Below are positions 13,101 to 25,100 of a stretch of DNA of 64,000 nucleotides, in pieces (within the stretch, counting starts at the first letter, position 1; every line of letters begins with the position of its first letter). The position numbers and the translations under genes were made by a program. The DNA is taken from contig NC_085844.1 in the NCBI RefSeq assembly GCF_035594765.1, positions 186,388,107-186,452,106 of the forward strand, written 5' to 3'. A model generated the notes under the pieces. That model was not told the origin of the DNA. It searched no databases and saw only the letters and a list, made by a program, of their open reading frames with translations. This DNA comes from Anolis carolinensis. Lineage: Eukaryota.

Positions 13101-16100
13101 CCTCAAACTAACACCCCCAATGTTTAAATACTAAGATATTTAAATTTCTGGAGTCACTATACCTTATCTATTGTGAGTGCAGACTCAGAACCTACCAAAG
13201 TGGAATTTGGCAAATTAAGGGCAGGGGAGGCCAGTTGTTTCAGCCAAAGACATTTGGTTTCCCGGGTTTATATGCACATACACACGGTCCAAACCTGCAC
13301 ACTGTCTAGAGCCAGCAGGATGATACTTCGCCAACATACTGTAAAAATCCAGGCAACACTCCAAAGCAAAAGGGGACACTATTGAAAGCCTTCCTACAAA
13401 ATCTCTCAATTATCCTATTAGGACCATGGAATAAGAAAAGGCTTCAGCTCCAAATCCTGATTAAAATGGGCAGGGCTCTGCCTCTTATACTGAACAATGT
13501 GCCACCCTGATGCCATTTTCTCTATTTGCCTGCTACTGTTTGTTTAAACAAGCATGAAGTAGAAGAAGTAAACAAACAATGTTTCTGTTCAAGGCACAGA
13601 CGTCTACATCCAGGATTGCAATATTTTCATATTCCAAAAATACACACACTCACAATTTTACATCCACAACAGTTTATAGGGTGACTGCAGCACCAGGAAG
13701 CTGTTATGAAACAGTTTATCATTGACAAGTTTTGTACATGCAGAACCTCTCTATCTAGGAAAAAAACATATTTATCACAATTATATGGATTGTAAATGGA
13801 TAGAGATATTTTTCCTTTCCTCATTCTTAATATTAGAATTTGGAGCAATGCAATGAAATTGACTGGAGATGTGATCCAGACATACAAAGACAATTACAGA
13901 ACCCAAATTTTATTCATGGCATTTATTACCGTAAGATTTTGGTAGGCAATGTCTGTTGTTAAGTGGTATCTATACATTTACACACAGATACACATGCATA
14001 TATGCCTTAAAACATGCTCTCAGGAGCACTATTTGACTTCAAAACAAGGTACATTTCAAAGCAGCTTTGCTGCTGATGCAATATGGTGAAATGGCAACTA
14101 TAAAAAGTTAGTGTCTTGCCACATTTTGGCCAAATTTTGTAGCAATGGCAGCAGCAAGACCTTGAAGTGAGAAGGAGAGGTGCACTACAAAAATGGCCAG
14201 TAGGCTAAATACAGCCTGTAACTGGTTTGTTGACCACTCCTTTTATGGAAGTGGTTTAAAAAAGTATTTTACCAGTTCATGAAAAATATATATCCCAAAA
14301 ATTAACAGCATAATAATTGTATGAAACTCTTAGGTACAGTTTCTAGCGCTTATGCTCCTTCTGATTGTTCAGTCTAGAGAGGAACCTTGAGGGCAGCAAG
14401 TAGATGCAGAATGCTAGATGACATGGGAGATTATCTCCATGCCATAAAACTGTTATTTGCGGCTTTCAAAAAAAGGGTGAGTTTCTGCTTTGCTCTTCTA
14501 CAGAGTAGCCTAGTTGCTTTCTCCATTGCATGGAGACATTTCTGCAAGTTATGAAACAAGGTAAAGGTTGTAGATTTCCTGACCCCTCTGAAAATCAACA
14601 TTTCTGCAGAGTCAATAACTGCACAGTTGTGTTAACCATTCTAGGGCTCAAAATGTCAAAACAGACTTGTCCACCAAATAGAGCAGAAATGGCTCACCTG
14701 CTCCGGTTGTGGTAATCACCTTGGCCTTGCTGCGGGCCCCATCCCCTTTCGTAGTATAGGCGGCAATGCTGACAGAATAGGTTGTTTCAGGTGAAAGGCC
14801 TCCTATGACAGTTTCCTGTGAGAAAATTACATACCCTTTTAGGTTTTTATGTATTTATAAGCACAAAGAAGGGTGAAGTATCCAAATACTTAAGTCTTTC
14901 AGATATTTATGACTTATTTATGTAGCTTCAAAATATCCAAGAAATTAATTTGATGTCCACTTTAACACATTCCTTTTGCAGTAATAGTAACCAATTTATT
15001 TATGAATTTTAACATGTTTTATTTGTGCATTTTAGCATGATTTTTGTCCACAAAAGCCCATGCTAAAACATGTTAATCTTAAAAGTATTGTAAGATGCTC
15101 CTGAAACAGGCTAACACTGCTATCGGTTTGAAACTTGTCATAACATTGTTATTAGCCAAAGTATTCCATAAGGTCTTATTTCTTGGAGGTAAATTAACAA
15201 ACCATCTAGACATCAGCCAACATTCTGAAAGAGCAACAGAGATCTAGCAAAATATTCTACGCAAGCAAAAAATAATGGACAGCAAATACTAGTTTTTCCT
15301 CCTTAATGGTGTGATCCTCCTGACTATGAAGGATAAAAACGTCAACATTTGATTGTCAAACTGGTACAACTGATTACCCATTCACAGAAGCGAAACTATG
15401 ATATAAACCAGAACTGTGAAGAAATAGGTACAGTAATTGATAACGTTTTCTTCCTTGAGTTGTTGGAGTTTTCCTTAGTTGTCATAGAATTCTGAACATT
15501 TTTTCATTGTTTTCATTTGCAATCCCAAATTAACAAAGTAGGTGATCAAACACAAATGAAAATAACACCAAAATCAGAGTATAAATTAGACCTCCTTTCC
15601 CCCCAGAGTTTGCGAGAGTGAGTAAAATCAATCAATGGCAATGAATTGATATGAAGCAAGATACCCAAACATACAACTCACTAGGTTACAAACACCTGTA
15701 AAAGAGATACTCATCACCACAGTCCACACAAGAGAAATTCACAGCTAGGAAAAGAGCATGCCATCGGAATGAAGCAAGGAAGAAGGAAGAAAGAAAAAAG
15801 AAGGAAGGACAGAAAGAAAGAAAGAAAACCTGGGAAAAGGGGAGATGATATAACAGACATAGGGCTGTCGCTGCAAATACCTTTTAACAAAGTCCATCTG
15901 TCTGTTAAGGACTGGAGGCCACAACAAGGTATATAATTGAATCTTTTTCTCTCTAAAGGTAATTTTCAAGCTTGTTTTTTCCAAATTTATATTTCCAAAT
16001 TGCTTCAAAATTGAATCTTAACTGTTTAAATGTGATTGTTGTATTATTTGAGCCTCTGTTTCAACTAAAGGTCACAGATGAGAGAGCAGGGTATTTTTCA

Positions 16101-19100
16101 TGACTGGGATCAATGAGGTTTAAAGATTATAGATCTGACTTTGCCATGTAACAAGCTGGGCCAACGGCTGTAGAGAGCAGACTGATCTCTCCACATCTGC
16201 CTGAAATTGCATCGCAACAAGCTGGAAATAAAGATTATGGAAAATGTCAATTGCTTTTCTGCATTTAGCAGCAATCTAAATGCCAATTTGCTCAGGATTT
16301 GCGGCTGGTGGAAGCTCCACAGAGCAACTCCCAGAACAATCTGAGGATTGACAGGAATGTTTTGACAGCACTATGCGCACAGATTTCAAAAGATGATTCT
16401 CAGACCCTTCTGATCCAAGCGAACACACTCACAAATTGTACTTACGTGGTCAGCAGAGTCCTTAAACCTCAGCTGATGGGGAAAGGAAGGAGGAGAGAAA
16501 ATGGAGACAGAATAAGGGAATGACGACAACAAAGCTTGGATTATCATACACACACAAAATTTGTCTCTAGCTCGATCCAAGTGTATGTATGGCTTTCTTC
16601 TGTAAGCAGCTCTAGAAAAGTCACACAAAATACCACACCTAGTTACCAAGCTTTCTTTCTTCTTTGGTTTTCCCAAAACTCTGCAGAGCATTGAAGGCTA
16701 TGAAGTTATGCAAACATAGGAGTAAACATTGCTCAGGGTATCGGCTATACTCAATGAATTCCCTAGGCTGGTTCTGGAGGCCAGCTTCAGAAAGGGTGTA
16801 TTGCTGTTGTTGGCAATACATGGATTTATTTATCGTGTCAGAAGCAAACCAAGGGTACAAGTTGTAAAGTATTTGAGAACATGAAGTTAAAAAAACTTGG
16901 CATTATGCTAAATGCCCTTTGACCAGTAGCTGGCCACTTGGGAGTGCTTCTGGTGTTGCTGTAAGAAGATCCTCCATTGTGCATGTGACAGGGCCCGGGC
17001 TGCATTGTAATAGGTGGTCTGTGGTTTGCTCTTCTCCACACTCACATGTTATGGACTCTACTTTGTAGCCCCATTTCTTAAGGTTGGTTCTGCATCTCGT
17101 GGTGCCACACATAGATGAACACAAACCAGAAGATTCTTATTTGAGCATAATAATCTACACTGCTGTTTTAGAAAACCAATATGATCTTAGTGGAAAGAAA
17201 ACTTAGGACCATTATATTCTGTAGCTGGGCACAAAATGAAGCAGAAGAAATGGCTGGCGTAAACTTCAGGATGATCATATTGTCCACCCCTGTTGTTGAA
17301 TTCCCAAGCAGAATTCCCAGACTGAATTCTCTGGTTAATACATGTAAGAGCTTCAATTATGACAAGATAAACTTCCTTGGGAACCAGCCAGAGAAACAGC
17401 TTGCTCATCACTGTAATAAATTTCCACGTCTGTCGCATCAGCTGAGTTTCAGAAATTTCTGCTAAGAGTGCATTCACCTAAAATAATGCTATAAAGCAAG
17501 CAGATTTCTGGCACTCAACATTTACTCATCTCTTAGCTTTCCAAAGAAACATGCCGACATTCGAACAGAAGGAGAACAGTATTCACATTGATCCCACCCT
17601 AGCAAACTAATGGACTCATGTAGCTGAACTATCTGACTCTTGTTTTGGTGTTACTTGCTCAGTAGTAAATGAAGATCTGCCAATGATACAGATGGTTTTC
17701 CAACTAGCAAAACTCAAGGCCAAGCTCTCAAAATCATGTGAGGACCAGGGATACAGGACTATCTGCCAGTAGGAAGGACTAATGTAGACTGCATTCGTGT
17801 GGGTGTGTTAGGGGGAAAGAAACAAAGCTGACAAGAGAGTATGTTTACCCACATATGGCATTAAGCTGGTTTCTGAACATCTTATATTTCAGAAAAGACT
17901 TTTATCATGCAATCTCATCCTGTGTCATTTAGGGAATATATAATATGTGTTTGTCCAAATGATATTGCCCTGCATTTTATTGGTAGTCCCAACTAGAGTA
18001 ATTCTATTGAAGCGATTGGGCTTCTATAAGTATTGATTCACAGTATTGGGCCTATTATATGTAGGACTACCAAAAGAACACATGCCACTGCCTTCAACTT
18101 TTAGTTATCATGTGTTTCCCGAATCTGTCTTTTTTAATTTCAAAAAGGAACCATTGTTGTGCAATGCCTTCTGAATGGTAGCATTAAGATTCTGTATTCT
18201 GAAAGCATCCCTTGGATGCAGACCTGCTTTGTAAGTCATTGATTCCTTCTGCTATGCCCATCTCAGCAAAACATGCTTCTTGTTATCCATCTTAATTCCT
18301 AACAGTAGTTATTGTTTAAAATGTGCACTGCAATGGATTTAGTTAACTTTTTTTTTTAATTACAAAATTGACAAAAAATTCTACCCAATAACTATGGGAA
18401 AAGGAGAAGAGAGCATGGGAATTTAATAAACCAAGGGGGAATTAGGGCATGTATTTTATTTCAAACCACAGTTTTGGGTATTAGATCAGTACAGAAGTCA
18501 TGCAGAATGAGGCACTAGGAACTTCTAAACATCTCAAGCTTTTATTCTTTTTTGTTTTGTTCTATAAAAACAATTTTTTGTTCCTATGACTTAGAAGACA
18601 GACTTGAAATATGATGGCAAAGTACAGAAAACAGAAAGGAAGGGTGATTCAGATTTCAGGGGTCAGGACACTCAGCCTAAAAAGGATTTTGATGTTCTTA
18701 ACAAAAACAGATTCATGCACAGCAGTGTGATCTTTGTTTGATTTGTCCAAGAAATAAAAGTTACAGCATCTAGCTTTAACTTTGCAAAATTGAGATTGGG
18801 GACAACATTTTTAAAGTTATGCTTGCATGCTGGTAGCTGCTGTGAAATTGAATAGCACAGGACCCCGTCCCATGTGGCAACATTTTTTTATGAAATTGCT
18901 CTACACCTGATTGTGGTTACTTTAATCATGGAACTACAAAACTTCTCCTAGAATATGATTTATACTGACATGCTCAAAATTGCAGTAAATTTATATATGA
19001 GGAGTTGCTTTATTCATGAAGATTCGTGAATGGAAGTGTGCTCATGCCAATATAACTATTTCTCCTCAAATTGTTTTTTTTTTTGGGGGGGGGGTGCGCG

Positions 19101-22100
19101 AGTTGTATTATAGAATGGAACAGACTAATCACAGCCCTGCTGGGTGTTTTGTTAGACCACAACTCCCTTCAGGCTTAAGTCTGGACTGAGGAATGCTAAG
19201 AGTTGCAATTCAATGGTATCTGGAGAGAAATATTTTGCTTAGCTCAATATAGGAGGCTATTCATTACACTCCACACAATGGCATCTCTAGTTCTCAGGGA
19301 AGGCAATGGTAAGAGAAGTGGGACTGCAGATGCAATTCAGAGATGTCAACAGAAGCCCTATTTTGCTCCATGCCCAGACTGTCTCTGCCTGAAACATCTC
19401 AGAAGGAATACAAAAAACAAACTTCCCACCATTCTGGCTACCTAATTTAATTTAAAACTGCTATCTGCATTTTTATGCAAGCCACCATGATAGCAGTACC
19501 CATGAGACAGAAAGACATATAGGGTGTCCACATCCATTTGCCCTGTGTTTCAACTTATTATCTATAGCACAGACCATGGTTCTACCTCCTGAACCTGATG
19601 CAGACGATCATCAACTCTGATGTATCCCACTTTGTGATATGTGTTTTACAGACAGAGGGACAAAACAATTCCACCAAGCATTTCATTCTATTACCCATCT
19701 GAAACAACTACCTGGAATTGTTCTTATAAACTATGTCAAGAGCAATTTCAAGAGAGGCCAGGGTAGCCTCACATCCTATAACACCAGCATTCAGAGTTAT
19801 GATAGCATATAAACATGGCCCTTTGCACAAGAACTGGGTGGTACATCTTGTTGATTTTCTTCTCTTAGTCTAAAGTCTCACCTTGGTCTTGACTAGTTTT
19901 GTCTCAATCCCTTAGATGTGACTAATATGCCAGGGAAGCAGAATTGTGTCACTTACCGTTGATTGGTAAGTTTGGAGATTCTCATGAATGGATAAGGTGG
20001 TAGAATATGTTATTAATATTAGTCATAAATATTTATGTGATATATTTTTAAGTGCTCAAACAACTTTGCACATATTATCTCAGTTACTTACTTAGGGGAT
20101 CCCTCGTAGTTCGAGGATGATGGTCCTCCGTCTTTGCTATCTTGGGGATAGATCCGTAGATGGCTGAAGACTTAGAAGACACCTGTGCGTGATTTTTTTT
20201 TTTTAATGTGTGGAGATCGGTGCACGGCCAGTCAACACACAGTCTTCACAGAATGAGGTCCCAGCAGTAGTGTGGTTAACACAACGAGAATGGCTTCTCA
20301 GTCTGTTGCAGCCTTCTTCTGCCTTCACAGCCATTGTAACATGTATCATGTTATCCTCCGCCTGCTCCGCCATTGAGGTCTTTGGGTCTTCAGATTGTTC
20401 TTCGGATCCTCCCCTGTGGCCACTTCTGGGAATGCATGACTTCAGTGGTTGTGACCACATGTTCATCAGAACACGCAAGCCCCCTCACCACGGCAAGGTG
20501 ACAATCCCCTCGATAGATTATCTCAGTAATCTTGACTAAGTAAGATAGTATTTTAGCTGTGTCTCTTAGTTGGGATGGAAGCAATGATTTCATAATAATG
20601 TTTCTGACTAATATTTTGCACCAGAGTAGTGGTGCTCTCAGGACAAATTTTATGTAACCACCTCCCACTAACTCAGATGCATTCTCTCTCATTTGAAAAT
20701 GGGGCTACATAACACATGAGAATTGATGCCATTTCTTCACCAGTACTATTTATCTACCCCACTGGGACTCTGTGGTGGAAATCTGAACATCTTAAGTATT
20801 CCCCTTAAAATGTTATGAAAGAAAAACATAGCCCAAGCTAGAGATTTAGGGTATATCTACATTGTGACAGTAATGTAGTTTGACACCACTTTAACTGCCA
20901 TAGCTCAATGCTATGGAATCCTGGGAACTGAAGTTTGCTGAGGCACCAAAACACTTTGACAGAGAAGTCTAAAGACCTTGGTGTTTCAAAACAATGGATC
21001 TGATTTGAAATCACTATATCTCTGCAACCATGAATCGCCCATGAAAGAAACTCTTACCACTTGAAAAGGTGGAGCATAGAGTTTCAAATGATTATCACTA
21101 GATATCTTTCCCAGCACACAAACAGGCCCTAGACTCAGTCATTTGCAAGATGGCAACGTTGTAACAGAAGGTGTTTATGTTCTGTGATTCAGCAAGACTC
21201 TCTCAATCTGTCCGTACAACAGGTGGAAGGCATTTATAAAATGATTAATATAACTTGATAAGTCATTAAACCATTTGTAACTTTTTGTGTAATTGTAATA
21301 TGTTGGGATCATGAAATATGCTGCTTTGAAATTGGGTCTATCATTTTGAAACATCCCATATAACTCCCATGATTCCGTAACATTGAGCCATGACAGTTCC
21401 AGTGGTGTCAAACTGTATTCATTCTACAGTGTACATGCACCCATACAATTAAGTCAACACTTGAGTCTTTCATCTTTTGACCTGTGTCTGAACGAAATGA
21501 AAAGACAGAAATCCAGAGAACTATTTAAAAAAAAATCTGCAGCAAAGTTACTGGCACATACACACAAATGTAGAAATAAGCCTATTGTGTGAATGAGTAC
21601 ACTGTGTTCCACAATTAAAAAAATAACACAATAACAAAATTATTTATTGAAGAAATGAGGCCGAATTATGTGAAGGTCAGCATATACAGTGAGCCAATTT
21701 AATCTTGAATAGGTATTTTTAAAAAGGGGCTGTAATTGAAGAACTCAGCACACTAAAGCCTCTTCTCAGATCAGAAAAACCTCTACTGTACTTAGATCGT
21801 TCTGAAATCTGTTCCAGTTAAGTGTTTAAATTTATGAAACCATCACCTGCAGATAAAAAAATATTCCTCTGCTAAACCAGCCCAATTGCTTTTTAAGTAT
21901 TTAGTGTGGCTGAGCAAGATGAATGGATTTCAGGAAGCCACTGGCCTTAATAAAAAAGATTCAGTCGAGGCCTCTGCTTTGGAGCAGTAGAACCGATGTA
22001 GACAGAACTTGTGCTGGCGGCTTGTATTTATGTTGGCTGCTACGGCTTTGTAACATTTCATTTTAGGTTTCATCATAGCTCTCTGTAGCCACTGCCTCTC

Positions 22101-25100
22101 TGATCATGTTTGCAGTTCGGGTGAGAGTGCTGTGAGAAGGTTTAGTGGGACTGCCTTTGCTCTGACAGTCCCCCCCCCCCCATCCAAATGGTTGCGGCTA
22201 GAAGCCCATATATGCCTGATGAAAACACAATCATTCTTCACTATGGCTGCCAGGCTGCAGTTTTTCATGTGAATCTCACTAATGAAACCCCATCCAGTGG
22301 TTACAAAATCTTCTTGCAAGAGGATAAATTGCCATGTAGGATTCCTTCCTATTCTTAGGGGTAACGAAGACTAGTTCCCAAGTAGCATTTCTGACCATAG
22401 TCTCTTTCACATTGACTATAATTATAGCTCTATGATCCTACTTTAACTGCCATGACAACATCTTCTGGTATGTTATCCTGGTGTTTGTAGCTTGGTGAGA
22501 AAATAGAGTTCTCTGGCTGAGAATTCAAAATATTCCTAAACTGCAAATACTAGGACTCCACAGGATAGTTAAAAGGGGAATCATAGCACTATAAGTTTGT
22601 AATGTGGGATGGTATCTTGCCTTATCACAAATTGCTGCCACTCAGGATTCTGAAATAGATCATCAATTATTTGAATCTCAGAACGTTTCCTACACTGCTA
22701 TCTTACCTAGTTGAACAGGTCCCTTCTCCAAGTACAGAGTTGGATAAAGGTATGTGTTCAAATATGTTCTACATCAGTGCTTCTCAACCTGGGGTCCCCA
22801 GATGTTTTTGGTCTTCAACTCCCAGAAATCCTAACAGCTGGTAAACTGGCTGGGATTTCTGGGAGTTGTAAGCTAAAAACATCAGGAGACCTCAGGTTGA
22901 GAACCACTGCTCTACACTAAAAAGTATCACAATTCTATGTCACAGGAATTCAAATTCAGAATCCAGTTTACTGGTACACAAATGCATTTTTTATGATTGT
23001 TGAATATGGGCTATGAGAGATTGCAGTTTACATCAACTGTGAGTCAAAAGCACCATAGGCTAGGAAGTGCATATGGATTTAAAACTCAAATTATGTGCAC
23101 TAGAAGCCAAATGAAGCTTTCTTCTGGATTCTGATTATTTGTAGATATTTTCCATAAACAACTGTGCTTTTTTCAAATTTATGATGGCTAGAAATTCCTT
23201 TTTCAATAAAAAGAAGGTTGGGACACTTAGGTTTCGAAGTTCCATTCCAGATTTTGCAATTTGTCAGCTCATGCATGGATATATACAAGCCGTATAACAG
23301 TTAATAAACTAGGATCTAATAACAATTGATTATTTTGCAGATCACAAACTGAATATAAACAAGGGCATTTAATTAAAAACCAGTTGCGCATTAATTTTTC
23401 ATTTTGTATTTGCCAAGTATTCATATTATATTATATATAAAAATTTAGTTATCACTTGACATGGATACTCTGAAGGAAAAACAAAATTACTGTTCTTTTT
23501 TGCTAAATTGAACTTGATACTGAAAGGCTTTATCAAAACTGTTTAGGAAGAAGCTTCTCCCAATTCAGGAATTCTGGTTTACTGAAAAAAATGATTTATA
23601 CAAGACATATATACTTCTTTCTGAACCGTAAGATAACCAATTAAGAATATTTATTCATAATGATTCTCTTAATTGAACATTGTTTCCATCAAACTCACAT
23701 GTGTAAGTTTAACATGTGATTTGAAAGATGAGATATATAGCCTAAATCTACTTACTAGTACCAACCACAGTAGAGCCACCAATAAAAATCCCATTGATTT
23801 TATTGTCTCATGGGAACTAGTACCTGGATTTAGGGCAATTCAGAATAAACTGAGAAAGTTTATTTGTATGATCTGTGCTGTAAACTGTTTCTATGCCTAT
23901 CTGAATGTTATCATTTCAATAAGGATAAAAGGCTGTGGTTGCAAATGAGACAGTTTGAGAAAGCTTAAACAGTAAGAAAATATTTTCTTAGACAACTTTT
24001 CTAACAATATGTGGTGGACAAAGACCAGATATAACCCTAGGATGAACTGAACTGACCTGGCCTAAGGCATGAGTTCTGCAAAGTATCTCAGGAGAGAAAC
24101 GGGAACTGGATGATCAAATAGGAAACGACTGAAGCACAGCACTAGGAAGTAAATCAGACGGAAACAATGTCTGGACGAGGAGTTTGAAGGCAAGCAGGGG
24201 AGCAAGAATAGTCAAGTTGGTCTGCACCTGAATAATGCATTAGTCAGACTGAGGAATCAGGCAAGAGTTGGAAAATTTACAGGACAAGGTGGAGCACTAT
24301 TGATAGCTTATTATTATGTAAAGCCTACTGAGTTGTTAATTGCTATGCCATGTATCCATCTGCAGTAATGCTGCTACCACACAGCAGAGGGAAAGTCAGT
24401 AACTTCCTCATCCTTAATTTGCTATAGTGGCACAGAGAGTCTCCTAAATATTGGGTTTGAAATCCCTGGCAGCCTATACCCAAAAGTTATGAAATTGAGT
24501 AATGCTGGAGAGACCATTAAATGACTTATTGAAATTGTTGGCACTGAAAAAGGAATTGGGAAGCAAATAAATATAAAAAGAAAAGGAGCGATTTATGGGG
24601 CCAGCTAATTAAGCACCCTTGTGTGAAAGGTGAACCCATTATCATGTGCCAGCGAGTATCAGCTTTGTGGATAACTCTAGCGAATCCTTTATGTTCTTCA
24701 TAGGTATTTGAAGATTAAAATGTGCATATTGTTTAACTTTCTGGAAGCTGGCCACACATCCCACTACTCAGATTGAGTCCTCAAACATTACAGCTCCGTA
24801 AAAAATATCCATGTAATGCTGAAGAAGAGAGACCATGCTTACTAGAAAAGGCCAAGGTTCAAAACTTGAACAACATCTCAACAGGATGTGTAGCCTATGT
24901 AGATCAATGCCTTTGGATTTCTATGGCATTTCTTTAGGAACCTTAAAGTCACTGCATGAATGATTACTATACTCAAGGACTAGACAGGCACTGGTAATCT
25001 CTCTGCCCTCTGCTAGCTGCTAAAAAACAAAAACAAACTAAGAATAGGATACTTGGAGTTGGAAGCCCCAGCATAGGTCATCAGTGCCTGTTTCTGATTC

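Noticed and set aside
22067-22120. Plus-strand exon-like segment (ttttag...cgg|gtgaga) suggesting an antisense transcript
   Set aside because: A single splice-site pair with no partner exons or coding signal is expected by chance in 64 kb.
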